A stretch of DNA of 64,000 nt, taken from an uncultured delta proteobacterium. GTDB taxonomy: Bacteria; Myxococcota; Kuafuiibacteriia; Kuafuiibacteriales; Kuafuiibacteriaceae. The translations under genes and the position numbers were made by a program. This document shows, in pieces, positions 1-9,588 of the stretch. The DNA lies in contig CAWDML010000007.1 in NCBI GenBank assembly GCA_963803435.1, positions 256,001-320,000 of the forward strand, read 5' to 3'. Every line of letters begins with the position of its first letter. The first letter of the stretch is position 1. The notes under the pieces were generated by a model that saw only the letters and a program-made list of their open reading frames with translations, made no database searches and was not told the DNA's origin.

Positions 1-10
1 TCCGCGGGAG

Positions 11-1409
11 ATGGCCGATCAAACCCTCTCGTTCTGCGACGACAGTGCGGAGCAGGGCGGCGTCTCTCTTGCGGATGCCCAGCTGTTCCTGCTGATGCGC
101 GCCGACGCGCCTGCGTCCGGATCCGTGCGCTACCCGCTCGGCGAGGTCGATACCATCGCGCTGGGGCGCGGCTCCACCCTCTCGGCCACGCTGCCCTCGA
201 AGCATCACCTCGCCGTCACCATTCCCGACGGATGGATGTCGTCCAAGCACGCGCGGCTCTCACGGATCCAGGGCAAGTGGATCCTCGAGGACCTGGGCTC
301 GAAGAACGGAACCTTTCTCCGCGGCCAGCGCGTCGCGCGGTCGACGCTCGCCGACGGCGATCTGTTCGAGTGCGGCCAATCGCTGCTCCTGTTCCGCGAC
401 GCGGTGACGCCGATCCAGAGCGTCGCAGCCTCCCAGAGCCGCAGCGGCCTCTCGCCGCCGCTGCCCGAGCTCGCCACCTTCGTGCGCGCGCACGCCGAGG
501 CGTTCGACTCGATCGCCCGCGTCGCCGGCGCCACCGTTCCGATCGTCATCCTGGGAGAGACGGGATCCGGGAAGGAGGTGGTGGCGCGCGCTGTCCACAC
601 GCTCTCCGGGCGCAAGGGCAACTTCGTCGCCGTCAACTGCGGCGCGCTCCCGGAGCATCTCGTCGAGTCGGAGCTGTTCGGCGCCCGGCGCGGCGCGTAC
701 TCGGGCGCCACCGAGGATCGGAGCGGGCTGATCCGGGCGGCGGACGGCGGCACGCTCTTCCTCGACGAGATCGGGGACCTCCCCGCGGCGGCGCAGGTCT
801 CGTTCCTGCGCGTGCTCCAGGAGAAGGTGGTGGTGCCGGTCGGCGGCACCGAGCCGATCCCGGTCGACTTCCGCCTGGTGGTCGCCACGCACCGGGACCT
901 CATCGCGGCGGTCGAGGCCGGTGCGTTTCGCGAGGATTCTGATGGCGCGCCTCTCCGGGCTGACCGTGCGCCTCTTGCCGCTCCGCGAACGGCCCGAGGA
1001 CCTCGGGCTGCTGGTCGAGGCCCTGCTCCAGCGGGTGGCCAAGGATCCGGAGGCGGTCACCTTCACCACCAAGGCCGCCCGCCTGCTCTTGTCCTACGAC
1101 TTCCCTCAGAACGTGCGTGAGCTCGAGCGCGCGCTGGAGCTGTCGGTCGCGCTGGCCGGACCGGCCGCGATCGACGTCAACCACCTCCCCGAGCTGATCC
1201 AGCGCTCCGAGAACGCCTCGGCCGCACCGCTCGAGGAGGCGCCCGAGCTGTCCGAGGAGGATCGATCGCGACGCCAGGAGCTGATCGGCCTCCTCCAGGC
1301 GCACGAGGGGAACGTGGCGGCCGTCTCCCGCGTCATGGGCAAGGCCCGGATGCAGATCCACCGCTGGCTGCGCCGCTACGGCATCAATCCAGGCGATTTC
1401 CGGGCGTAG
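11..1409 (+). CDS. FHA-domain sigma54-dependent enhancer-binding protein (apparent +1 frameshift at 935-939)
   Basis: FHA motifs (LGRG, MSSKHARL, DLGSKNGTF), AAA+ Walker A GETGSGKE, GAYSGA loop, LFLDEIG. Removing one T from GAGGATTCTG joins ORF 11..1120 to ORF 921..1409 (FREDLMARL...FPQNVREL...Fis-type HTH). Confidence 0.9.
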
Positions 1410-1433
1410 GCTCCCCGTGGTACGGGGCGGGTC

Positions 1434-2255
1434 GTGAGAACGCTCCAGAACAAGACGATCTTCATCACCGGCGCCAGCCGCGGCATCGGGCTCGCGATCG
1501 CGCTCCGCGCGGCCAGGGACGGCGCCAACATCGCGATCGCCGCCAAGACCACCGAGGCGCACGGCAAGCTGCCCGGCACCATCTTCACCGCCGCCGAGGA
1601 GATCGAGGCCGCCGGCGGGCGCGCGCTCCCGATCCAGGTCGACGTGCGCTTCGAGGACCAGGTGGCCGAGGCCGTGAAGCAGACGGTCGACACCTTCGGC
1701 GGCATCGACATCCTCGTGAACAACGCCAGCGCCATCAGTCTCACCGGCACCACCTCCACGCCGATGAAGCGCTACGACCTGATGCACGGGATCAACGTGC
1801 GGGGGACCTTCGTCTGCTCCCAGGCCTGCATCCCCTGGCTGGAAAAGGCGGACAATCCGCACATCCTCAACAACTCGCCGCCGCTCAACATGGAGGCCAA
1901 GTGGTTCAAGGACCACGTCGCGTACACCATGTCGAAGTTCGGCATGAGCATGTGCGCGCTCGGGATGGCCGAGGAGCTGCGCGGGAGCGGGATCGCGGTG
2001 AACGCGATCTGGCCGCGCACCACCATCGCGACCGCGGCGACGATGATGCTGGGAGGGCAGGACATGATCTCCCGCTGCCGCAAGCCGGAGATCATGGCGG
2101 ACGCGGTCCACGCGATCCTCACCCGTCCGAGCAAGGAGTGCACCGGCAACTTCTTCCTCGACGAGGACGTCCTGCGGGCCGAGGGCGTGAAGGACTTCGC
2201 TCAGTATGCGGTCACGCCGGGCGCCGAGCTCATCCCCGACTTCTTCATCGACTGA
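1434..2255 (+). CDS. SDR family NAD(P)-dependent oxidoreductase (HSDL2-like)
   Basis: TGASRGIG, AKTTEAHGKLPGTI, NNASAI, YTMSK catalytic motif. Confidence 0.9.
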   Translation: MRTLQNKTIFITGASRGIGLAIALRAARDGANIAIAAKTTEAHGKLPGTIFTAAEEIEAAGGRALPIQVDVRFEDQVAEAVKQTVDTFGGIDILVNNASAISLTGTTSTPMKRYDLMHGINVRGTFVCSQACIPWLEKADNPHILNNSPPLNMEAKWFKDHVAYTMSKFGMSMCALGMAEELRGSGIAVNAIWPRTTIATAATMMLGGQDMISRCRKPEIMADAVHAILTRPSKECTGNFFLDEDVLRAEGVKDFAQYAVTPGAELIPDFFID

Positions 2256-3160
2256 CTCTGCTCCGCCACCGCCAGCACGCCGGTGACCAGCTCGTCCGGC
2301 ACCTCCTCCTGGAGGAAGTGGCCGGCGTCGGTCTCGATCACGAACGCCTGGGGGAACAGCTCGCGGTGCCGCGCCAGCCCCCGGCCGAGGAGCGGATCGC
2401 GCTTGCCCCAGACCAGCGCCACCGGCCCCTTCCAGCGCGACCACCACTCGCCGATGGCGTCGATGACCGGCGTGCTCGGGTGCGTCTCCGCGTTCGGGAC
2501 CATCCGCGCCAGGCCCAGCGGCCCGGCCCGGTCCCACGGCATGAGGAAGGGATGGAAGTACGCTGCCAGCTCCTCGAGGCCCAGGCTGCTCCGATCCCCC
2601 TGGACGCTCTTGAGCACCGGCACGGGAAACGCCAGCCCGAAGAAGACGGCGTCGCTGATCAGCGGCAGGTGGGCGAAGCGATGGAACGCCTTGGGCCGGA
2701 ACGGGCGGGCCGGCTTCATGATCGCGGTATTGGCGAACACGGCGGCGGTGATCCGACCCGGCGCCACCCGCGAGGTGGCCCCCGCGATGACCGGGCCGCC
2801 CCAGTCCTGGCCGACGATGATCGCGTCGTCCAGATCGAGGGCCTCGATCAGGGCGCGCACGTCCTCGACGTGGCGCTCGAGCGTGTGGTCCCCGGGGCGC
2901 CGATACTTGTCCGAGCTGCCGAAGCCGATGAGGTCGGGCGCGACGGTGCGAAAGCCGCGGGCGCGCAGCATCGGGATCATCTTCCGGTAGAGGTAGCTCC
3001 AGGTGGGGTTGCCGTGGACCATCAGCACCGGGCGACCCTGGCCCTCGTCGACGAAGACCATCCTCTTGCCGGAGGGGAGCACGAGCGCGCGGCGATCGAA
3101 CGGGAGCCGGCGCGCGAGCCAGCCGGGAAGCTTGGGTGCATCGGTGAACGTTGCGGTCAT
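2201..3160 (-). CDS. Alpha/beta hydrolase, haloalkane dehalogenase-like
   Basis: HGNPTWSYLYRKMI, PDLIGFGSSD, GQDWGG nucleophile elbow, AGHFLQEE. Confidence 0.9.
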   Translation of the reverse strand: MTATFTDAPKLPGWLARRLPFDRRALVLPSGKRMVFVDEGQGRPVLMVHGNPTWSYLYRKMIPMLRARGFRTVAPDLIGFGSSDKYRRPGDHTLERHVEDVRALIEALDLDDAIIVGQDWGGPVIAGATSRVAPGRITAAVFANTAIMKPARPFRPKAFHRFAHLPLISDAVFFGLAFPVPVLKSVQGDRSSLGLEELAAYFHPFLMPWDRAGPLGLARMVPNAETHPSTPVIDAIGEWWSRWKGPVALVWGKRDPLLGRGLARHRELFPQAFVIETDAGHFLQEEVPDELVTGVLAVAEQSQSMKKSGMSSAPGVTAY

Positions 3161-3190
3161 GGCCGGCGGATCCGAGACCCGATACGGGTG

Positions 3191-3219
3191 CGGGTCAAGG
3201 ATCGACGCAGGTCACCACC
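3191..3219. repeat. 29-bp direct repeat, copy 1
   Basis: CGGGTCAAGGATCGACGCAGGTCACCACC, identical to 5293-5321. Confidence 0.9.
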
Positions 3220-3427
3220 AGTGTACCGTAGGGACGTAGGACGAGAGCCGAGCGTGGTCGCGCTACGGCCGAGCGGGGTCGTCTGCCTCGAGCTTCCTCC
3301 GCTCCGCCTCGATCGTGCGCTGGACGCGCAGTGAGCCGACCTGGGCGCAGCGCGCGAGAGACCGAAGGTAGCCTCGACCTCGTGATCAACCATCGCGAGG
3401 CTCCCCATCGCCCCCCCGGATTGGTCG

Positions 3428-5095
3428 TCACGGGCCGGCGCTCGCCGACAGCACCCGGAATCCGCGAGGCTCCAGCGTGAGGCGGAGCGGCTCGCCGTCC
3501 GAGGCGCGCTCCACGACATCGCCGCCGGCGAGGTCGACGAAGCGGCGCCCGAGCGGAGTGCCCTCGGGGGGGATCACGACGTCGTTTGGGCGCGTCGAGA
3601 AATTGTAGACGACGAGCAGCGCCTCGCCGGCGACGCTGCGCGTGAGCGCGAGCGGCTCGGAGGCGGAGCCGCTGGCGGGGAGGATCCGCGTGAGACCTCG
3701 GCGGAGCGCGGCGTGGTCGCGGCGGAGGCGGATCAGCGCGCGGTAGAGCTGGTAGAGGCTGCCGGGATCGTCGCGCTGGCCGGCGACGCTCTCTCCGCGG
3801 GCGGTACTCACCGGCTCGGCCCAGGGAACGGCGGTGGAGAAGCCGGCGTTCGGATCGTCCGACCACTGCATCGGCCGCCGGGTGTCGGTGTTGCCGTCCC
3901 CATTTCGCATCCCGATCTCTTCGCCGTAGTAGATCCAGGGCGTCCCGGGCCAGGTGAGCAGCAGCGCGGCGGCGAGCCGGAGCGCGCCGGGACCCAGATT
4001 TGCAAGGGAAGTTGCGATCCGCGGCTGGTCATGGTTCGAGAGGAAGGTGGCGGCGGTCCCCCAGTTGGGGACGCGGCGCAGGCGCTCGGCGAGGGTGGAA
4101 CTCGCCCGACCGGCGTTCTCCTGACGGATCGAGTCGGTGATGCCGTAGGAAGAGTCGAAGTCGAACGCCATCTGGAGCTCAGGCGCGCCGGCGCCGCCGA
4201 AGTAGCCGGCGACGATCGCCGTCTCGGCCCAGACCTCACCCACCAAGAACGACGAGGGGCGCGAGGCCGTGCAGGCGACCCGCAGCTCGCGCCAGAACGC
4301 GTGAGTCTCGGGGGTGTCCTGCTGGCCGGGGCCCGGGCCGGTTTCGACCAGGTAGCGGGCGCCGTCGAGACGGAAGCCGTCGAGGCCGCGCTCGAGCCAG
4401 AAGGCGGCCACGTCGAGCATCTCGGCGCGCAGAGCAGGGTTCGTGTAGTCGAGGTCCGGCATATGCGAGGAGAAGACGCCGTAGTACCAGCGCCCGTCGC
4501 GCGCGTGCCATGCCGAGCCGTTGCTCCACGGTTGCGACCATCCGGGATCGACGTCGCTCCAGACGTACCAGTCCGCGTGCTCGGCCGCGAACCAGGGGTG
4601 CTCGGTCGACGTGTGGTTCGTGACGTGATCGAGGATCACGTGCATCCCGCGGGCGTGCGCGGCGGCGAGCAGCTGGTCGAGATCGGCGAACGTGCCGTAC
4701 GCGGGATCGATCGCGCGGTAGTCCGTCACCTCGTAGCCGTGCCAGCTGGAGCCCTTCGCCAGCGGCATCAGCCAGAGGAGATCGACGCCGAGCGTATGGA
4801 GGTCGTCGAGCCTTCCTCGGAGGCCCTGGAGATCGCCGATGCCGTCGACGTCCGAGTCCTGGAAGCTGCGGACGAAGAGCTCATAGCCGATCGCGTCGCG
4901 GTACCAGTCGGCCCTCTCGACCGCGCCGGCGTCGGGCGGATCCGGGATCGCTGCGTCGGTCTCGGTCGCAACCTCAGCGTCGCGGGGGCCGCCGTCATAC
5001 CGGACGAAGCCGCCGTCGACCTCGCGGCCGGCGTCCGGCTTCGGCATCGTCGAGGTGCAGGCGATCAGGGCCAGGGATCCGATCGCGGCGCGCAC
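3428..5095 (-). CDS. GH13 alpha-amylase family lipoprotein
   Basis: YELFVRSFQDSD, DHVTNH, GFRLDGARY, LVGEVW, FLSNHD, YYGEEIGM; GTG start at 5095 gives lipoprotein signal MRAAIGSLALIAC. Confidence 0.9.
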   Translation of the reverse strand: MRAAIGSLALIACTSTMPKPDAGREVDGGFVRYDGGPRDAEVATETDAAIPDPPDAGAVERADWYRDAIGYELFVRSFQDSDVDGIGDLQGLRGRLDDLHTLGVDLLWLMPLAKGSSWHGYEVTDYRAIDPAYGTFADLDQLLAAAHARGMHVILDHVTNHTSTEHPWFAAEHADWYVWSDVDPGWSQPWSNGSAWHARDGRWYYGVFSSHMPDLDYTNPALRAEMLDVAAFWLERGLDGFRLDGARYLVETGPGPGQQDTPETHAFWRELRVACTASRPSSFLVGEVWAETAIVAGYFGGAGAPELQMAFDFDSSYGITDSIRQENAGRASSTLAERLRRVPNWGTAATFLSNHDQPRIATSLANLGPGALRLAAALLLTWPGTPWIYYGEEIGMRNGDGNTDTRRPMQWSDDPNAGFSTAVPWAEPVSTARGESVAGQRDDPGSLYQLYRALIRLRRDHAALRRGLTRILPASGSASEPLALTRSVAGEALLVVYNFSTRPNDVVIPPEGTPLGRRFVDLAGGDVVERASDGEPLRLTLEPRGFRVLSASAGP

Positions 5096-5108
5096 TCGCG
5101 CAGCGTGT

Positions 5109-5124
5109 CGCAACCGGCGGACCA
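5109..5124 (-). promoter_or_regulatory. sigma54 -24/-12 element
   Basis: TGGTCCGCCGGTTGCG; conserved C 15 nt before GTG 5095. Confidence 0.6.
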
Positions 5125-5292
5125 GGGGGCACCGACTCGGCAGGCGGGCGATCGGGCGGTCGATTCTGGAGCGGGTGGCTCAGATCGAACCGGCTTTCGC
5201 CGGGAACAGCCCGAGTCAAGGACGCCGGCCGCCGCGATCGCGCGTCTATGGGCCCTTGCCACCACGGGTCCGCCGCTCGCCAGCTCCCGCTA

Positions 5293-5321
5293 CGGGTCAA
5301 GGATCGACGCAGGTCACCACC
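5293..5321. repeat. 29-bp direct repeat, copy 2 (3' end of the gene ending at 5297)
   Basis: Identical to 3191-3219; encodes VVTCVDP* on the minus strand. Confidence 0.9.
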
Positions 5322-6451
5322 GCCGTGTCGCCGGAGTTCTCCACCGGACCGTAGCCGGTGACGTGCCCGAGCGCGCGGCAGTAGCGGTTGATCGCCGCGT
5401 TGCAGTCGGGGCCGATCCGTGAGGCGGTCGTGCAGCCGGCGTGCTGCGCGGAGAGATCGGTGTAGCTGGTGACGATCACCGTGCCCTCGCCGTTCGGGAC
5501 GCACTCGACCAGCGCGCTGTCGGGTCCCTGCTCGGCCGGGCCGAAGCCGCTGGCGTAGCCCTTCGACGTGCAGTAGCGGTGCATGGCGGCGTTGCAGTTC
5601 GGGCCGATGCGCTCGCCCGTGCCGTTGCAGCTGGCGTGGTGCGTGGCGAGCTCTGCGTAGGAGACGTCGAATCCGTCGGCGCGGACGCAGCCGGCGTGGA
5701 AGGCGTCCAGGTAGTTCTCGAGCGGACCGAAGCCGGTGGTGGTGCAGGCCTGCGCGGCGCAGAAGCGATGGACCGCCGCGTTGCAGTCGGGACCGATGCG
5801 CTCGCCGCTACCGTCGCAGCTCGCGTGCAGGCTGCGCATCACCGTATACGACGACTCGATGGCGACGGCGCGGAAGCCTTCGTCGATCACGCCGTTGCAG
5901 TCGTCGTCGATCCGGTTGCAGGTCTCGGCCTGCGGAGCCGCGGGCGTGCAAGCGCTGAAGACGCCGTCCTCGCAGATGGACGCCGACGCGCAGGCGCCGG
6001 TGCCGCAGGTCTCGCCCGTGAGCTCTTCGTCGACGGCGCCGTCGCAGTCGTCGTCGATCCCGTTGCAGGTCTCGGGCTGCGGCTCGCCGGGGGTGCAGCC
6101 GACCGGACGTCCGTCCTGACAGAACGGCACCGAGCGGCGGCACGCGCCCGCGCCGCAGAAGCCTTCGCCGAGGTCTTCGTCGATCTCGCCGTCGCAGTCG
6201 TCGTCGAGGCCGTTGCAGGCCTCGAAGGCGCCGGGGTGGATGGCGAGGTTCGAGTCGTCGCAGTCGAGCGCGGGGCACGCCGGATCGGTCCCGAAGCCGT
6301 CGCCGTCCTGGTCGGAGAGGCCACAAGGATCGGCCGGCGGCACATCCGCCCCATCACCGCCCGCGTCGGGTGAATCGATGACGATCGGGGGGGCCGCGTT
6401 GCAGCTGAGGAGCATGAGGAGCCCCGAGAGCACGATCGCGCGCCGACCCAC
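5297..6451 (-). CDS. Cys-rich lipoprotein with MopE-like metal-binding repeats and three C-terminal ~60-aa repeats (start approximate)
   Basis: LLSC lipobox; DQDGDGFG, DCDDSN and three ExCNxxDDDCxG repeats; three copies of H(A)xC..RIGPxCNAA..R.C..G(F/Y)GP.E. Confidence 0.75.
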   Translation of the reverse strand: MGRRAIVLSGLLMLLSCNAAPPIVIDSPDAGGDGADVPPADPCGLSDQDGDGFGTDPACPALDCDDSNLAIHPGAFEACNGLDDDCDGEIDEDLGEGFCGAGACRRSVPFCQDGRPVGCTPGEPQPETCNGIDDDCDGAVDEELTGETCGTGACASASICEDGVFSACTPAAPQAETCNRIDDDCNGVIDEGFRAVAIESSYTVMRSLHASCDGSGERIGPDCNAAVHRFCAAQACTTTGFGPLENYLDAFHAGCVRADGFDVSYAELATHHASCNGTGERIGPNCNAAMHRYCTSKGYASGFGPAEQGPDSALVECVPNGEGTVIVTSYTDLSAQHAGCTTASRIGPDCNAAINRYCRALGHVTGYGPVENSGDTAVVTCVDP

Positions 6452-6545
6452 GGTGCCTGTGTCGGTGCGAGGGCGCGCGACGTCAAGTCGGCCGACCGCC
6501 GGAGGATTGATGTCCACGGACGAACGCGGCACCGTTCGGGTCGGC

Positions 6546-8225
6546 ATGAGGTACCTGCTCATCGCGTGCGCGCTGGTGGCGTGCAATCGAGATGCTCCGC
6601 CTCGGGAGATGATGCCTCCCGAAGATCCGGACCCGACGATGACGCCGGATCCCGATCCGGATCCCGAGGATCCGCCGCCGGTGGAGCTCCCGCCGTTCGC
6701 ACCCTACGAGGCGAGCCTCCACCGGCTCACGCTCGGCCAGTATCGCAACTCGGTCCGCGATCTTCTGGGCGACGTCACGGTGCCCGAGGATCTCGAGGTC
6801 GACACCTCGCTCCACGGCTTCACCACCGTGGGCGCCACCGAGCTCACCGTGCCGCCCCACGCCGCCGAGCAGTACGAAGACGCCGCCCGCAGTCTGGCCG
6901 CGCAGGTCTTCGCCGATCGGGATCGCGCCACCGCCTTCGTCGGCTGCACGCCCGCCAACGCCGACGATCCCTGCGTCCGCGACTTCCTGGCCCGCTTCGG
7001 CCGCCGCACCTTCCGCCGCCCGCTGACCGGCGACGAGCTCGACCTCTGGCAGGGCGTCACGCGCACCATCTTCGCCGGCTTCGGCGACGTCTGGGCCTCG
7101 CTCGAGCTGACCACGGCCGGCCTGCTCGAGTCGCCGTACTTCCTCTTCCGCGTCGAGCTGGGCGAGCCCGATCCCGAAGACCCCGTGCGCCTCCGCTTCA
7201 CCGGCTTCGAGATGGCGAGCCGCCTGGCGTACTTCATCTGGAGCACCACGCCCGACGACGCCCTCCTCGACGCCGCCGCCGCCGGCGAGCTCGACACCCC
7301 CGAGGGCGTGCGCCGCCAGGCCCAGCGCCTCCTCGAGGACCCGCGGGCCCGCACCGCGCTGCGCGAGTTCTTCCTCGAGTACTTCAAGCTCGATCGGCTG
7401 GACGGCATGACCAAGAGCAACGACGTCTTCCCGCAGATGTCCCCCACGCTGGGCGAGTCGATGAAGCAGGAGGTCCTGCTGCTCATCGACGACATCGCGT
7501 TCGAGCGCGACGGCGATCTCCGCGAGATCCTCGACAGCCGCACCAGCTTCGTGAACGCCGAGCTGGCCCGCCTCTACCAGATCCCCGGCGAAGTGCCCGA
7601 GACGGGCTTCACCAAGATCGAGCAGCCAGACAACAGCCCGCGGGCCGGCCTCCTCACCAGCGGCGCGTTCCTCGCCCTCAACGCGCACGCCACCGTCACC
7701 TCGCCCACCTACCGGGGCCGCTTCATCCGCCAGTACCTGCTCTGCCAGGAGATCCCGCCGCCGCCCGCCGGCGTGAACACCACGCTCCCCGCCGGGGATC
7801 CGAACACCCAACCGGAGACGCTGCGGCAGCGGATCGAGCGCCTCCACCTCCAGCAGCCCACCTGCGCCGGCTGCCACAACCTGATGGACCCGCTCGGCTT
7901 CTCGCTCGAGTCCTTCGACGCCATCGGCGCCTACCGCACCACGGAGAACGGCCTGCCGATCGACACCCGCGGCGAGCTCGACGGCGCCAAGTTCTCCAAC
8001 GCAAGACAGCTTGCCGGCATCCTGCGGGACCGCACCGACGTCGCCGCCTGCATCTCGCGGCTGACCTACCGGTACGCCTCCGGCCACCTGGAGAGCATGG
8101 GTGAGAAGCGCGTGCTGAAGTCGCTCAGCGACGCCTTCGCCGACTCCGGCTTCTCCTTCCAGCACCTGGTGCTCGACATCGTCACCAGCGACGGCTTCCG
8201 CTTCGCGGTGGAGCAGGGAGAGTGA
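6546..8225 (+). CDS. DUF1592/DUF1588/DUF1595/DUF1587-type cytochrome c-like lipoprotein
   Basis: LVAC lipobox; RLTLGQYRNSVRDLLG, LESPYFLFR, EMASRLAYFIWSTTPDD, TSPTYRG, heme motif CAGCH, DPLGFSLESFDAIG. Confidence 0.9.
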   Translation: MRYLLIACALVACNRDAPPREMMPPEDPDPTMTPDPDPDPEDPPPVELPPFAPYEASLHRLTLGQYRNSVRDLLGDVTVPEDLEVDTSLHGFTTVGATELTVPPHAAEQYEDAARSLAAQVFADRDRATAFVGCTPANADDPCVRDFLARFGRRTFRRPLTGDELDLWQGVTRTIFAGFGDVWASLELTTAGLLESPYFLFRVELGEPDPEDPVRLRFTGFEMASRLAYFIWSTTPDDALLDAAAAGELDTPEGVRRQAQRLLEDPRARTALREFFLEYFKLDRLDGMTKSNDVFPQMSPTLGESMKQEVLLLIDDIAFERDGDLREILDSRTSFVNAELARLYQIPGEVPETGFTKIEQPDNSPRAGLLTSGAFLALNAHATVTSPTYRGRFIRQYLLCQEIPPPPAGVNTTLPAGDPNTQPETLRQRIERLHLQQPTCAGCHNLMDPLGFSLESFDAIGAYRTTENGLPIDTRGELDGAKFSNARQLAGILRDRTDVAACISRLTYRYASGHLESMGEKRVLKSLSDAFADSGFSFQHLVLDIVTSDGFRFAVEQGE

Positions 8226-8227
8226 TC

Positions 8228-9583
8228 ATGAAGCTCGATCGTCGCATGTTCCTGCGCGGCGTCCTGGGCGGCACGGCCGTCTCGGTGGCGCTCCCGCCGC
8301 TCGAGGCGATGTTCGGCGTCAACGGCCGCGCCCTGGCTGCCGGCGGCGCACCGCCCAAGCGCTTCATCGTGTGGTTCTGGGGCAACGGCATCCGCCGCGC
8401 CCAGTGGACACCCGACGTCGTGGGCCCGGCCTGGCAGCCCAAGGCCGAGATGGCGCCGCTCCTGGCCGACCCGGCGCTCAAGCCGTATCTGGCGCCGGTG
8501 ACCGGCTACGAGATCAAGACCGACACGCACCCGCACCACTCGGGCATGGCCGGCATCATGACCGGCGCCAAGTACTTCCTGGTGGGCCCGGTGCGCGACA
8601 CCATCGTCTCGACGTTCGCCTATCCCTCGATCGACCAGGTGGTGGCCGACTCGCTGGCGGCGCAAGATCCCACCTCCCGCACGCCCTTCCGCAGCATCGA
8701 GCTGGGCGTCAGCCGTTTCCGCGGCAGCGACGAGGGGACCACGTTCCAGCACCTCTCGCACAACGGGCCCAACAACGTGAACCCGTCGGAGTACGAGCCC
8801 ATCCGCGTCTTCAACCGGCTCTTCGGGATGCCCTCGGACGCTCAGCGCGACGGTGCCCGCCGGTCCGTGCTCGACGCCGTGCTCACCCAGATCGACGGCC
8901 TCAAGCAGCGCGTGGGCGCCCGCGATCGGACGCGCCTCGATCAGCACTTCGAGAGCGTCCGCGCCATCGAGCTCCGCCTGGCCGCCACCGCGGTGCAGTG
9001 CACGCGACCGGACCGGCCGCTCGACGGCTACCCGGACGTGGACGGCCACGAGCAGATCCGCGAGCGCAACGAGATCATGAGCGACCTGATGGCGACCGCC
9101 TTCGCCTGCGATCTCTCGCGGGTGGGCTCGGTCCTGTTCAGCACGGCCGGCTCGGGCGTGATCTACTGGATGGTGGGCGCCCAGAACGGCTTCCACCAGA
9201 TCTGCCACGACGAGCGCGACACCGGCCCCGAGCAGCAGCCGACGGTCCACGCCGGCGTCACCTTCGAGATGGAGCAGCTCGCCTACTTCCTCAACCGGCT
9301 CCGCACCACCGAGGAGGGCGACGGCAACCTGCTCGACAACAGCGCCGTCCTCTGCACCACCGAGCTGTCGGAGGGCTTCACGCACTCGAACGACGAGTTC
9401 CCGATCATCGTCGCGGGGCGGGCCGGCGGCGCGCTCAATCCCGGCAAGCACGTCCGCTCGAGCTCCCGCGAGAACACGACCAAGGTGCTGCTGACGCTCC
9501 TGCGCGCGATGGGTGACACGCGTCCGAGCTACGGCGTCGACCTCGGCGCCACCTCCGACGTGATCTCCGAGCTCCTCACCTAG
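8228..9583 (+). CDS. DUF1552 (HXXSHH-type) Tat-exported protein
   Basis: DRRMFLRG twin-arginine, LPPLEAM, SIDQVVA, AFACDLSRV, FHQICH, GNLLDNS; typical partner of the upstream gene. Confidence 0.9.
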   Translation: MKLDRRMFLRGVLGGTAVSVALPPLEAMFGVNGRALAAGGAPPKRFIVWFWGNGIRRAQWTPDVVGPAWQPKAEMAPLLADPALKPYLAPVTGYEIKTDTHPHHSGMAGIMTGAKYFLVGPVRDTIVSTFAYPSIDQVVADSLAAQDPTSRTPFRSIELGVSRFRGSDEGTTFQHLSHNGPNNVNPSEYEPIRVFNRLFGMPSDAQRDGARRSVLDAVLTQIDGLKQRVGARDRTRLDQHFESVRAIELRLAATAVQCTRPDRPLDGYPDVDGHEQIRERNEIMSDLMATAFACDLSRVGSVLFSTAGSGVIYWMVGAQNGFHQICHDERDTGPEQQPTVHAGVTFEMEQLAYFLNRLRTTEEGDGNLLDNSAVLCTTELSEGFTHSNDEFPIIVAGRAGGALNPGKHVRSSSRENTTKVLLTLLRAMGDTRPSYGVDLGATSDVISELLT

Positions 9584-9588
9584 CCTCG

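Noticed and set aside
11-1409. True pseudogene status for the frameshifted genes
   Set aside because: All five frameshifts share one sequence context and the genes show no other decay, so sequencing error is more parsimonious. Reads are needed to confirm.
3195-3866. ORF ending in VVTCVDP as a second copy of the Cys-rich lipoprotein
   Set aside because: Similarity is limited to the 29-bp repeat; the rest is an alternative frame of the amylase gene and intergenic DNA.
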